Assembly (NCBI GenBank): GCA_047602405.1
Contig: JASGHJ010000001.1
Location: 128,001 to 192,000, forward strand
Length of the DNA stretch: 64,000 bases
Direction of reading: 5' to 3'
From: Anaeromyxobacteraceae bacterium
GTDB lineage: Bacteria; Myxococcota; Myxococcia; Myxococcales; Anaeromyxobacteraceae
Below are positions 9,132 through 20,390 of this stretch, in pieces (within the stretch, counting starts at the first letter, position 1; every line of letters starts with the position of its first letter). Below the pieces are notes generated by a model that worked only from the letters and a program-made list of their open reading frames with translations, was not told the origin of the DNA and ran no database searches. The position numbers and the translations under genes are program-made.

Positions 9132-11867
9132 ATGTCCGCCCCCCTCACGCTCACCCTCACCCCCGCGGGCCACCTCCGCCTGCGCGACGCCGAGCCCGGC
9201 GAGCCTGGCCTCGCCCGCGCGGCCGCCGGCCGCATCGCGGAGGCCTTCGAGCGCGGCACCGGCGCCGGGCTCCTCCACCTGGGCGCCGCCGAGGCGCGCA
9301 CGGACCTCCCCCCGGTCCTCGGCTTCTGGCGCGACCTCGGCCGCGCGTACGTGGCCGCGGCCTGCGCCCTCCCGGATCTCGAGGAGGCCCGCGAGCACGC
9401 CGCGCCCGCGCCGCGCGAGGGCGAGCTCGAGGCGCTCGCGGCCGCCGCGCCGCCGCTCCCGGGCGGTGAGTACCTCACCGCCGAGCTCCTCGCCGGCCTC
9501 TGGCGCGAGCTCGCCGCCGCCTGGCAGTCGGCGCTCGGCGCGCAACGCGGCACCGTGCAGGCGTGGCTCGCCGCGCAGGACCCGGCCTGGAGCGTCGTCG
9601 GCCGCGTGCACCTCCACCTCGCCGAGAACCGCGCCGACGAGGACCGGCCCTTCGCCTTCCTCGCGACCTACACGACCGGCCTCACCGCGAGCGGCAAGCC
9701 CCAGCACCGGCCGCTCGGTGACGCGGTCCGCGACACGCGCGCGAAGGACTCGAAGCGGCTCCTCGCGCTGCTCCAGCCCGTGCACCGGGCCTCCGAGCAC
9801 AGCGCGCTCGTGAAGGCGCTCGCGGACTCCGGCCAGCTCTTCGAGCCGCAGGCCTGGACACCGGACGAGGCGCTGAGGTTCCTGCGCGAGGTGCCGAAGC
9901 TCGAGGCGAGCGGCGTCATCGTGCGCGTGCCCGGGTGGTGGAGCGCCCGCAGGCCGCCGCGCCCGCAGGTCACCGTCTCGGTCGGCGAGCAGGCGCCCTC
10001 GGGCCTCGGGCTCGACGCGCTGCTCGACTTCCAGGTCCAGCTCACGCTCGACGGCGAGGCCATCACGGCGGAGGAGCTCCGCCGGCTGCGCGCGCAGACC
10101 TCCGGCCTCGCGCTGCTCCGGGGTCGGTGGGTGGAGGTCGACCAGGAGCGCCTCGACGAGATGCTCCGGCGCTGGAAGGCCGCGGAGCAGGGCGCGCGCG
10201 AGGGGCTCACGTTCGTCGAGGCGATGCGCCTCGTCGCGGGCGCCGAGCTCGAGGCGCGCTCGCCGCTCGCCGGGAGCGATCCGTCGTGGACGGGCGTGCG
10301 GCCCGGCGCCTGGCTCGCGGAGACGCTCGCCGAGCTCCGCGGCACGGGCGGCGCCGAGAAGGCCGACCCGGGCGCCGCGCTCCACGCGACGCTCCGGCCC
10401 TACCAGCAGGAGGGGCTCCGCTGGCTCTGGACGCTCAGCCGGCTCGGCCTCGGCGGCTGCCTCGCCGACGACATGGGGCTCGGGAAGACCGTGCAGGTGC
10501 TCGCGCTGCTCCTCGTGCTGAAGCGCCACCGCTCGCTGCCGGGCCCGCACCTGCTCGTCGCGCCGGCCTCGCTCCTCTCCAACTGGCGCGCCGAGGCGGC
10601 CCGGTTCGCGCCCTCCCTCCGGTTGCTGGTGGCGCACCCCTCGGCGACGCCGCGCCCCGAGCTCGAGGCGCTCGACGAGCAGGCGGTGGCCGATCACGAC
10701 CTCGTCCTCGTGAGCTACGGCTCCGTGCACCGCCTGCCCTGGCTCGCGAAGGCCCGCTTCGGCCTCGTCGTGCTCGACGAGGCGCAGGCCATCAAGAATC
10801 CCGGCGCGCGCCAGACCCGCGCGGTGAAGGCGCTGCCGTCGCGCCTCAGGCTCGCGCTCACCGGCACGCCAGTCGAGAACCGCGCGGGCGACCTCTGGTC
10901 CATCTTCGACTTCGTGAACCCCGGGCTCCTCGGCTCCGCGAAGGAGTTCGGCGCGTTCGTGAAGCGCGCGAGCGCGCCGGCGGCGCCTCCGCCGGAGGGC
11001 ACCGCCGAGCGGCGCTCGCCCTACGCCGCGCTCCGCGAGCTCGTCCGGCCCTACATCCTGCGGCGGCTCAAGACCGACCGCGCCGTCATCTCCGACCTGC
11101 CGGGCAAGACCGAGGTGAAGGCCTACTGCGGCCTCACGAAGCGCCAGGCCGCGCTGTACCAGGAGGCCGTCGAGGGGCTCGCGCGCGACATGCGCCGGAT
11201 GGGCGCGAGCGACCGCATGCGGCGCCGCGGCCTCGTGCTCTCGTACCTCATGCGCCTCAAGCAGATCTGCAACCACCCCTCGCACTGGCTCGACGACGGC
11301 GCGTACGACCCCGCCGACAGCGGCAAGTACGCGCGCCTCGCCGAGCTCGCCGAGGTCGTCGCCTCCCGCCAGGAGAAGGTGCTCGTCTTCACGCAGTTCC
11401 GCGAGATGGCCGACCCGCTCGCGCGCCACCTCACCACGCTCCTCGGCCGGCCGGGGCTCGTCCTCACCGGGGACACGAAGGTGAAGGAGCGCGGCGAGCT
11501 CGTGAAGCGCTTCCAGGAGGACGAGGACGTCCCCTTCTTCGTGCTGACGCTGAAGGCCGGCGGCACCGGCCTCAACCTGACGGCCGCGACCCACGTCGTG
11601 CACTTCGACCGCTGGTGGAACCCGGCGGTCGAGAACCAGGCGACCGACCGGGCGTTCCGCATCGGCCAGAAGAAGGCGGTGCTCGTCCACAAGCTCGTGT
11701 GCCGGGGCACGATCGAGGAGCGCATCGACGCCATGCTCGAGGACAAGCGGGCGCTGGCGAAGGATCTCCTCGAGGGCGGCGAGGAGCTGCGCCTCACCGA
11801 GCTCGACGACCAGGCCCTGCTCTCGCTCGTCTCGCTGGACTTGCGGGCCGCCAGCGCCGATACCTGA
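9132..11867 (+). CDS. SNF2-family helicase/ATPase
   Basis: LRPYQ, LADDMGLGKT, DEAQ, LTGTPVEN, GGTGLNL, DRWWNPAVENQATDRAFRIGQ. Confidence 0.95.
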   Translation: MSAPLTLTLTPAGHLRLRDAEPGEPGLARAAAGRIAEAFERGTGAGLLHLGAAEARTDLPPVLGFWRDLGRAYVAAACALPDLEEAREHAAPAPREGELEALAAAAPPLPGGEYLTAELLAGLWRELAAAWQSALGAQRGTVQAWLAAQDPAWSVVGRVHLHLAENRADEDRPFAFLATYTTGLTASGKPQHRPLGDAVRDTRAKDSKRLLALLQPVHRASEHSALVKALADSGQLFEPQAWTPDEALRFLREVPKLEASGVIVRVPGWWSARRPPRPQVTVSVGEQAPSGLGLDALLDFQVQLTLDGEAITAEELRRLRAQTSGLALLRGRWVEVDQERLDEMLRRWKAAEQGAREGLTFVEAMRLVAGAELEARSPLAGSDPSWTGVRPGAWLAETLAELRGTGGAEKADPGAALHATLRPYQQEGLRWLWTLSRLGLGGCLADDMGLGKTVQVLALLLVLKRHRSLPGPHLLVAPASLLSNWRAEAARFAPSLRLLVAHPSATPRPELEALDEQAVADHDLVLVSYGSVHRLPWLAKARFGLVVLDEAQAIKNPGARQTRAVKALPSRLRLALTGTPVENRAGDLWSIFDFVNPGLLGSAKEFGAFVKRASAPAAPPPEGTAERRSPYAALRELVRPYILRRLKTDRAVISDLPGKTEVKAYCGLTKRQAALYQEAVEGLARDMRRMGASDRMRRRGLVLSYLMRLKQICNHPSHWLDDGAYDPADSGKYARLAELAEVVASRQEKVLVFTQFREMADPLARHLTTLLGRPGLVLTGDTKVKERGELVKRFQEDEDVPFFVLTLKAGGTGLNLTAATHVVHFDRWWNPAVENQATDRAFRIGQKKAVLVHKLVCRGTIEERIDAMLEDKRALAKDLLEGGEELRLTELDDQALLSLVSLDLRAASADT

Positions 11868-11879
11868 GCCGGAGCGCGC

Positions 11880-12656
11880 GTGGCCTTCTACGGCGGATTC
11901 CCACCTTACGTCCCGGTCGCCGAGCGGCAGCGGCTCGCGCGGCAGGAGCTCGCGCGCCTGCGGAAGAAGGGCCACGCCCCCGAGCCGGTCGTCATCGAAG
12001 GCCGCCACATCGCGACGACGTTCTGGGGCAAGGCCTGGTGCGATCACCTGGAGGGCCACGCCGACCTCGAGACCCGGCTCCCGAGGGGGCGCCGCTACGC
12101 GAGGAACGGCGCGGTGATCGATCTGAAGATCACGAGGGGCGCCGTCGAGGCGCGGGTCATGGGGAGCGAGCTCTACTCCGCCTCCGTCGCGATCCGGCCG
12201 CTCGCGCCCGCCCGCTGGCGGTCGGTCCGGGAGCGCTGCTCCGGCAGCATCGGCACGGTGGTGGAGCTCCTCTCCGGGAAGCTCTCCGAGGCGGTCATGT
12301 CCGTGCTCTGCCACCGCGAGGAGGGCCTCTTCCCGGACACCGAGGAGCTCACGCTCGACTGCTCGTGCCCGGACGGCGCCTGGCTGTGCAAGCACCTCGC
12401 GGCGGTGCTCTACGGCGTGGGTGCGCGGCTCGACCAGCAGCCCGAGCTCCTCTTCACGCTGCGCGGCGTGGATCTCTCCGAGCTCGTCGCCCAGGCGGGG
12501 ACCGCGAAGAAGCTCGCGCGGCCCGCGCGGCAGAAGAAGCCGCTCGATAGGGCGAAGCTGGGGGCCATCTTCGGGATCGAGCTCGAGCGCGAGGAGCCCG
12601 CGCCTCGCCCGCGCCGCCCGGGCCGCCGGGCCACCGCACGGGCGCGTCGGACCTGA
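11880..12656 (+). CDS. SWIM zinc-finger protein (SNF2 partner)
   Basis: RLPRGRRYARNG, CSCPD...CKH, LFTLRG. Confidence 0.9.
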   Translation: MAFYGGFPPYVPVAERQRLARQELARLRKKGHAPEPVVIEGRHIATTFWGKAWCDHLEGHADLETRLPRGRRYARNGAVIDLKITRGAVEARVMGSELYSASVAIRPLAPARWRSVRERCSGSIGTVVELLSGKLSEAVMSVLCHREEGLFPDTEELTLDCSCPDGAWLCKHLAAVLYGVGARLDQQPELLFTLRGVDLSELVAQAGTAKKLARPARQKKPLDRAKLGAIFGIELEREEPAPRPRRPGRRATARARRT

Positions 12657-12905
12657 GCCCTGGACGGGGCCAGGGAGTAACGCCCCGGCCCCTCGCGCGA
12701 CCGACGTACGAGCAGGCATCGCCCCGACCGGGCCTCCGTCGGGCCCAGGTGGGTCCCACCGGATCCTCCCTGCCCCGGCGAGCCTCGACGTGGAGGCGTG
12801 TAGAGGTTTCCCCACGTGCGCACGGACCCGAACGCGCCCCACGCGGCACCCTTCCCCCACGGCTTCGCCGTGCAACGGTAGACCCTCCTCCGATCGCGAG
12901 GCGCC

Positions 12906-13915
12906 ATGCAGAGACCCCAGCCTGCAGCCCGGACGTCTGCACCGAGCCGGCCCACCCCGGAGGCCGACCACACGCGCGAGGCCTTCCGCGCCGCCGTGCT
13001 CGCGGGCCTCTCGCGCACGCCGCGGGCGCTCCCCTCGGTCTGGTTCTACGACGCATGGGGCAGCCGCCTCTTCCAGCGGATCATGCACCTCGACGGCTAC
13101 TACCCCACCCGCGTCGAGACCGAGATCCTGGAGCGCTCGGCGACCGCCCTCGTGGAGCGCCTCGAGGCGCCGCCCGCGGCTGTCGTCGACCTCGGCGCCG
13201 GCGACGGCAAGAAGACCCAGCTGCTCCTCGCCGCGGCGCGCGCCCGCGCGCCCGGGGTCACCTACGCGCCGGTCGACGTCTCGGAGGCCGCGCTCCACTC
13301 GGCGAGCGAGCGCATGCACGCCGTCTGGCCGGACCTCTCGGTGCGGCCCCTGCGCGGCGACTACGTCGAGTGCCTCGGCCGGGTGCGCCGCGCGCTCGCC
13401 GGACCGCTGCTCGCGCTGCTCCTCGGCTCCAACCTCGGCAACCTGGAGTGGGACGAGGCGGTCGGGCTCCTGCGCCGGCTGCGCGCCTCGCTGCGTAAAG
13501 GCGATCACCTCCTCATCGGGCTCGACCTCCTGAAGGACGAGGCCGTGCTGCGCGGCGCCTACGACGACGACGAGGGCGTGACGGCCGCGTTCAACCTCAA
13601 CCTGCTGGCGCGCATCAACCGCGAGCTCGGCGGCGACCTCGACCTCGACGCGTTCGAGCACCGCGCGACGTTCGACCACCGGCGCCCCGCCATGGAGAGC
13701 TGGCTCGTCGCGCGGCGGGCCACCTCCGCGACCATCGCCGGGGAGCGCCTCGAGTTCGGCGAGGGCGAGGCGATCCACACCGAGATCTCCTGGAAGTACA
13801 CCGAGGCCCAGGTGGCCGAGCTCGCGCGCGCCGCCGGCTTCGAGGAGGTCGCGCGCTTCCACGACGCGCGGCGCTGGTTCGTGGACGCGCTCTGGCGCGT
13901 GCCGGGGGCCGCACG

Positions 13916-13919
<4 letters not shown>
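12906..13919 (+). CDS. egtD: L-histidine N-alpha-methyltransferase EgtD
   Basis: FYDAWGSRLF, YYPTRVE, DLGAGDGKK, GSNLGN, AYDD.EGVTAAFN.N, IHTEIS.KY. Confidence 0.92.
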
Positions 13920-15160
<1,241 letters not shown>

Positions 15161-15169
15161 GCTCCACCC

Positions 15170-15862
15170 ATGGCGCCCTCGGTGGAGCCCGCGCTCCTCG
15201 TGATCGCGGACATCGGCGGATACACCCGCTTCCTGCGCGAGCAGCGCACCTCGGCCGCGCACGCGCCCGTCATCGTCGGCGAGCTGCTCGAGGCCGTGAT
15301 CGAGGGCGCCCGCGGCTTCCGGCTCGCGAAGCTCGAGGGCGACGCGGCGTTCCTGCGCTCCCGCAGCGATCCGGAGGCGCTCGCCGGCCGGCTCGTCGAC
15401 GCCGTCGCCGACGCGCACCGCCGCTTCGTCCGGCGCCGCAGCGCGATGGTCGCGCGGAACACCTGCGGCTGCGACGCGTGCAGCCAGCTCTCCCAGCTGA
15501 GGCTCAAGTTCGTCTCCCACCTCGGCGAGGTGGTCGTGCACAGGGTGTGGCGGAGCGAGGAGGTCGCCGGCGTCGACGTGATCCTCGTGCACCGCATGCT
15601 GAAGAACGAGGTCCCGGTCGACGACTACCTCCTCGTCACCGACCCGGTGCTCTCGCGCCTCGGCGCGGCGGGCGCGGCGGCGGTGCGGCTCGAGCACGAG
15701 TTCGAGGGCCTGGGTCGCGTCCCGACGGCCTACCTCGCCGTGCCCGCGGCCGCGCCGGAGGACGAGCCGGCCCCGTCCCTCGCGCGGAAGCTCCTCGCGC
15801 GCCTCGTGCTCGAGGTGCGCGCGCTGCCGAACCGCGCGTTGCCGATCCCCGCGCGGCCCTGA
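15170..15862 (+). CDS. DUF2652 domain protein (nucleotide-cyclase-like fold)
   Basis: IADIGGYTRF, KLEGDA, CGCDAC, LKFVSHLGE, GVDVILVHRMLKNEVP. Confidence 0.8.
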   Translation: MAPSVEPALLVIADIGGYTRFLREQRTSAAHAPVIVGELLEAVIEGARGFRLAKLEGDAAFLRSRSDPEALAGRLVDAVADAHRRFVRRRSAMVARNTCGCDACSQLSQLRLKFVSHLGEVVVHRVWRSEEVAGVDVILVHRMLKNEVPVDDYLLVTDPVLSRLGAAGAAAVRLEHEFEGLGRVPTAYLAVPAAAPEDEPAPSLARKLLARLVLEVRALPNRALPIPARP

Positions 15863-15961
15863 CGGGTCCTCGCAGCGGCGGCTGTAACGGCGGGCGGGCT
15901 CCCGAGTCCCACTCTCCGTGTGGCGGACGAACCCCCGCCCCGGACCCGGAGGAGCCGCCCC

Positions 15962-16612
15962 ATGACCCGCCTCACCGCCGCGCTCTCGCTCTCCCTCACC
16001 CTGACCCTCCCCGCCGACGCGCGCGCGGAGGCCTTCACCGTCAACCCCGACGCCGGCAACAGCGGCTTCTCCGCCGTCTTCGACGCGCAGCTCGGCGAGC
16101 GCATCAACGCCGTCAGCTCGTCGGTCGGCTGCGACGTCACCTACGACGAGAAGACCGGCCTCGCCTCCGGCCGCTGCGCGGTGCCGCTCCTCTCGGTGAA
16201 GGTCGACGCCGACGACACGAAGAGCGACCACTTCCACCAGTGGGCCACGAACAAGAAGTCCGAGCCGAAGGACTGCAAGCTCGAGGCGGTCTTCCAGGAC
16301 GTGAAGGTCGGCGCGCTCGCCGCCGAGCGGGCGATGCCGTTCACCGCGCAGATCCCGTTCACCGTCTGCGGCCGCGCCCGCGCCGACGGCGGCCGGGAGA
16401 CCGTGAAGGGCACCGCGATGCTCTTCCCGCCCGGCGCGTACGGCGACAAGAAGACCATCCGCATCCGCGCGACCGTCGCCGACTTCGACCGCGACGCGTA
16501 CCGGATCGGCCCGAAGTACACCGACGGCTGGCTCGCGCGCGTCCAGGCCCTCGCGAAGGTCGTCGCCGAGAAGGGCACCGTCGAGCTCTCCCTCTTCGCC
16601 CGCACGAAGTGA
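15962..16612 (+). CDS. Secreted YceI-like beta-barrel protein
   Basis: Signal peptide ending ARA; YceI-like pattern (VPLLSVKVD...DHF, FDRDAYRIG, VELSLFA); 4 Cys. Confidence 0.6.
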   Translation: MTRLTAALSLSLTLTLPADARAEAFTVNPDAGNSGFSAVFDAQLGERINAVSSSVGCDVTYDEKTGLASGRCAVPLLSVKVDADDTKSDHFHQWATNKKSEPKDCKLEAVFQDVKVGALAAERAMPFTAQIPFTVCGRARADGGRETVKGTAMLFPPGAYGDKKTIRIRATVADFDRDAYRIGPKYTDGWLARVQALAKVVAEKGTVELSLFARTK

Positions 16613-16626
16613 TCCGGATCCGTTCG

Positions 16627-16666
16627 CCCCGAGCGTCGGGCCGCGCAGCGGCCCGGAGACGAGGGG
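16627..16666 (+). repeat. REP-like palindromic repeat copy 1
   Basis: CCCCGAGCGTCGGGCCGC-GCA-GCGGCCCGGAGACGAGGGG; shares flanks with the 48584 and 52595 copies. Confidence 0.65.
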
Positions 16667-16714
16667 CGCAGCTCGTAGCAGTCCCCCACCGCAGCTCAAC
16701 CGAAAGGAAACACC

Positions 16715-16987
16715 ATGTTCCGTGAAGCCATGAAGGGTGCCGCCGTCGCCGCCGCCGTCTGCTCGATGTTCGCCGCGGGCACCGCCCAGGCGAGCGAGAA
16801 GCCGAAGGACGCCCCGAAGGTCGTGCAGTGCGGCGGCATCAACGCGTGCAAGGGCCAGGGCGCCTGCGCCGGCGCCGACAACTCCTGCAAGGCCCAGAAC
16901 TCCTGCAAGGGCAAGGGCTGGGTCGAGACGAAGACCGCGAAGGAGTGCACCGACAAGGGCGGCAAGGTCGTCGTCGCGAAGATGTAG
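16715..16987 (+). CDS. bufA2: BufA2-type periplasmic Cys-rich RiPP precursor (bufferin)
   Basis: Signal peptide (AQA) then [13 protein letters not shown]...[14 protein letters not shown]...EC..KGG, 6 Cys; AAAGGA RBS; adjacent DUF692 gene. Confidence 0.85.
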   Translation: MFREAMKGAAVAAAVCSMFAAGTAQASEKPKDAPKVVQCGGINACKGQGACAGADNSCKAQNSCKGKGWVETKTAKECTDKGGKVVVAKM

Positions 16988-17060
16988 CCGGCACCTTCAC
17001 GCACCCCGGAGCCCGGGGCCGGCCTGCGCCGCACGCGCGGCCGGCCCCGGGGTTCACCGC

Positions 17061-17924
17061 ATGAACAGCTCGCTCGGTCACGGCATCGGCCTCCGCACGC
17101 AGCACTTCCCCCGGTTCATGGCGGCGCGCCCGCCTGTCGACTGGGTGGAGGTCGTCTCCGAGAACTTCATGGCCCCCGGCGGCCGGCCCATCGCGGTCCT
17201 CGAGAAGGTCCGCGCCGAGTGCCCGGTCGTGCTCCACGGCGTGTCGCTCGCCATCGGCTCGGTCGACCCGATCCCGGAGCGCTACCTCGCGGACCTCTCC
17301 GCGCTCGTGGACCGCATCCAGCCCGCGCTCGTCTCCGACCACCTGTGCTGGGGCACGCACCGCGGGCAGTACGTCCACGACCTCCTCCCGCTGCCGTACA
17401 CCGAGGAGTCGCTCGCGCACGTCACGGCGCGCGTGCACCAGGTCCAGGAGCGCCTCGGCCGCCCGCTCCTCCTCGAGAACCCGTCCACCTACGTCGCCTT
17501 CAACGACTCCACCCTGACCGAGTGGGAGTTCCTGGCCGAGCTCACGCGCCGCTCCGGCTGCGGGATCCTCCTCGACGTCAACAACGTGTACGTGAGCGCG
17601 CGCAACCTCGGCTTCGACGCGCTCGAGTACCTCCGCGGCGTCCCCGCCGGCAGCGTCGGCTACTTCCACCTCGCCGGCCACGCCGACCACGGCCGCTACC
17701 TCCTCGACACGCACGACCACGAGGTCCCCGAGGCGGTGTGGGCGCTGTACCGCGAGGCCGTGCGCCGCTTCGGCCGCGTGCCGTCGCTCGTCGAGTGGGA
17801 CGACGCCATCCCGCCCCTCGACGAGGTCGTCGCGCAGAGCCGGCGGGCCGCCGCCGAGGAGGCCACGGTGTTCGAGACCACGGCGCTCGGGGCCGAGGCC
17901 GGCCCCCGGAGGCTCGCGTCGTGA
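17061..17924 (+). CDS. bufB: DUF692 multinuclear non-heme iron oxidative enzyme (MNIO)
   Basis: GIGLR, EVVSENFM, HGVSLAIG, SDHLCW, DLLPLP, LENPSTY, LLDVNN, HLAGH, DTH, EWD. Confidence 0.93.
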   Translation: MNSSLGHGIGLRTQHFPRFMAARPPVDWVEVVSENFMAPGGRPIAVLEKVRAECPVVLHGVSLAIGSVDPIPERYLADLSALVDRIQPALVSDHLCWGTHRGQYVHDLLPLPYTEESLAHVTARVHQVQERLGRPLLLENPSTYVAFNDSTLTEWEFLAELTRRSGCGILLDVNNVYVSARNLGFDALEYLRGVPAGSVGYFHLAGHADHGRYLLDTHDHEVPEAVWALYREAVRRFGRVPSLVEWDDAIPPLDEVVAQSRRAAAEEATVFETTALGAEAGPRRLAS

Positions 17925-18694
17925 CGCTCGCCGAGACCCAGGCGCTCTTCCACGAGGCCATTACCGGGCAGGAGCCGCTCGCGGCGGAGCGCCTGGAGGC
18001 CTGCTTCGCCGGCACGCCCGAGCTCCCGGCCACGGACCGCGTCGCGATCTACTCGGGCATGTACCTCGCGCGGCTCGTCGACGCGCTGCGCGCCACCTAC
18101 CCCGCGCTCGCGCGCTTCCTCGGCGACGAGACCTTCCACGCCCTCGCCGAGGACTACCTCGTCCGCCACCCCTCGGAGCACCACGACGTCGGGAACGTCG
18201 GCCGACACCTCCCCGCCTTCCTGCGCGCCTTCCCGGACCCGGAGCGACCCGACCTCGCCGACCTCGCCGCGCTCGAGTGGGCGCGCCAGGAGGTCTTCTT
18301 CGCGGCGGAGACCGCGCCGCTCGGCCGCGAGGCGTTCGCCGACCTCGAGGGGCCGGCGTTCCTCCGCACCGGCCTCGCGCTCTCGCCGGCCCTGCGGCTC
18401 GTCGTGCTCGATCACGCCGCGGCGGACCTGTGGCGCAGCGTCGAGGCCGGGGAGCCGCCCGGCCCACCGGCGCCCGGTCCCTCCGCGGTCGCGGTCTGGC
18501 GCCGCGGCTTCGAGGTCTTCCACGGCGCGCTCGCGCTCGACGAGGCGGCCGCGCTCGACGCCGCCGCCTCCGGCGCGAACCTCGGCGCGATCTGCGCCGC
18601 GTTCTCCGGCCGGGAGGACGCCGCCGCGGCGGCGTTCGAGGCCCTGTCGGGCTGGCTCGCGGAGGGCTGGGTGGCGGCCCTCGTCGACGCCTGA
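17921..18694 (+). CDS. bufC: DUF2063 (HvfC/BufC-like) MNIO partner
   Basis: RVAIYSGMYLARLVDALRATYP, ADLAALEWA; GTGA overlap with MNIO stop. Confidence 0.85.
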   Translation: MTLAETQALFHEAITGQEPLAAERLEACFAGTPELPATDRVAIYSGMYLARLVDALRATYPALARFLGDETFHALAEDYLVRHPSEHHDVGNVGRHLPAFLRAFPDPERPDLADLAALEWARQEVFFAAETAPLGREAFADLEGPAFLRTGLALSPALRLVVLDHAAADLWRSVEAGEPPGPPAPGPSAVAVWRRGFEVFHGALALDEAAALDAAASGANLGAICAAFSGREDAAAAAFEALSGWLAEGWVAALVDA

Positions 18695-18759
18695 CCCGCC
18701 GACAGCACGTTGCCGGGACGGGTCCCGGTCCGCACCGTTCGAGCGGACCTCCGCCCGCG

Positions 18760-19401
18760 ATGGCCACGCGCCCCCGCCCACCCTCCGTGGAGACGCTCCG
18801 GGCGCTCGGCCCGGCGCTCGTCACCGCGCGGACGGGGACGCTGCTCTGGCGCGTCTACTTCCGCGGCGTGCCGCACGCCCCGCCCTGGCACGCGCTCCGG
18901 CCCTTCGGGCCCACCGGGTCCGGGCGGTTCGACCACCACGTGCCGCCCGGCACGCGGCGGGGCGCCCGGCCCGACCGCGCCATCCTCTACGCGGCCGACC
19001 AGGGCGCCGCCGCGCTCGCCGAGGTCTTCCAGGAGAAGCGCACCATCGACCGGACCGATCGCGAGCCGTGGCTCGTCGCCTTCGCGCTCGCCCGCGACGT
19101 CGCGCTGCTCGACCTCACCGGCGACTGGCCCGCCCGCGCGGGCGCCAACACCGAGGCCCTGTGCTCGGGGCCGCACGAGGCCTCCCAGCGCTGGTCGCGC
19201 GTCATCCACGAGGCGTACCCGGAGGTCGAGGGGCTCCGCTACGCCTCCTCTGTGGTCGCGGGCAGCCTCGCCTGCGCGCTCTACGAGCGCGCGCGCTCGG
19301 CGCTGCCGGCCCGGCCCGAGCTCCACCGCGCGCTCACGGACCCGCTCCTCGCGTCGACGCTCGAGGAGGCGGCGCGCGACCTCGGCTACGCCGTCGTCTG
19401 A
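18760..19401 (+). CDS. RES domain protein
   Basis: LWRVY, GRFDHH, LYAA...LAEVF, GLRYASS (R-E-S triad). Confidence 0.85.
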   Translation: MATRPRPPSVETLRALGPALVTARTGTLLWRVYFRGVPHAPPWHALRPFGPTGSGRFDHHVPPGTRRGARPDRAILYAADQGAAALAEVFQEKRTIDRTDREPWLVAFALARDVALLDLTGDWPARAGANTEALCSGPHEASQRWSRVIHEAYPEVEGLRYASSVVAGSLACALYERARSALPARPELHRALTDPLLASTLEEAARDLGYAVV

Positions 19402-20390
19402 GCGCCTCGCCGCACGGCCACCACCTCGGCGAGGATCGACAGCGCGATCTCCGCCGCGGTCCGCGCCCCGATCGCGAGCCCCACCGGAGCCCGCAGGCGC
19501 TCCAGCCCGGGGGCTCCGACGCCCGCCGCGCGCAGGCGCTCCCTGCGCGCCGGCAAGGTCTTCCGGCTCCCGAGCGCGCCGACGTAGAACGCCTCGGACC
19601 GGAGCGCCGCGGCGAGCGCGGGCTCGTCGAGCTTCGGATCGTGGCTGAGCGTGACCACCGCCGTGCGCCGGTCGAGCCCCACGCCGGCGAGCGCCTCGTC
19701 CGGCCAGGCCCGGCGGAGCTCGGCGCCGGGGAACCGCGCCTCCGTCGCGAAGGCCGTCCGGGGGTCGACCACCACCACCTCGAACCCGAGCGGCCGTGCG
19801 AGCGCGCACAGGGCCTGGGCGACGTGATCCGCGCCGACGATCACGAGCCGCACGGGCGGCGCGTACACGCGCAGGAACGCCGGGCCCTCGGGCCCCTCCC
19901 ACACCCCGGAGCGATCCGCGGCCAGGGCCGCACGCGCCGCCTCGCGCAACGCGCCGCCCTCCCCGTCGCCGTCGAGCTCGACGAGCCGCGAGCCCGCACC
20001 GCCGAGGTCGATCGCCACCACCGCGGGCCGCTTCGCCGCGAGCGCGGCCCGGAGCGCCGCGAGCGCCCGCTCCGGGAGGAGCGGCTCGACCCACACGGCG
20101 ATCGTCCCGCCGCAGGCGAGCCCGACCGAGAGCGCCGTCTCCTCGGTGACCCCGAAGTCGAGCCGCGTGGGCCGCCCGGCCGCGAGCACCGCGAGCGCCC
20201 CCGTCACGACCGCACCCTCCACGCAGCCGCCGGAGACCGAGCCCGCGAGCTCGCCGCGCCCGTTCACGACGAGGTGGCTTCCCTCGGGCCGCGGCGAGGA
20301 GCCCCACGTCGAGACCACCGTCGCGAGCGCGACCTCGAGCCCCTGCGCCCGCCAGGCCGCCGCCTGCTCGAGCAGCTCCGCGTCCGTCAC
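19386..20390 (-). CDS. xdhC: XdhC/CoxI molybdenum cofactor insertion chaperone
   Basis: ATVVSTWGSSPR, GSVSGGCVE, GLACGG, HDPKLD, YVGALGSR, PVGLAIGA. Confidence 0.92.
   Translation of the reverse strand: MTDAELLEQAAAWRAQGLEVALATVVSTWGSSPRPEGSHLVVNGRGELAGSVSGGCVEGAVVTGALAVLAAGRPTRLDFGVTEETALSVGLACGGTIAVWVEPLLPERALAALRAALAAKRPAVVAIDLGGAGSRLVELDGDGEGGALREAARAALAADRSGVWEGPEGPAFLRVYAPPVRLVIVGADHVAQALCALARPLGFEVVVVDPRTAFATEARFPGAELRRAWPDEALAGVGLDRRTAVVTLSHDPKLDEPALAAALRSEAFYVGALGSRKTLPARRERLRAAGVGAPGLERLRAPVGLAIGARTAAEIALSILAEVVAVRRGAQTTA

Noticed and set aside
12657..12905. Possible riboswitch upstream of egtD
   Set aside because: Hairpins are present but I recognise no SAM, SAH or other aptamer consensus.
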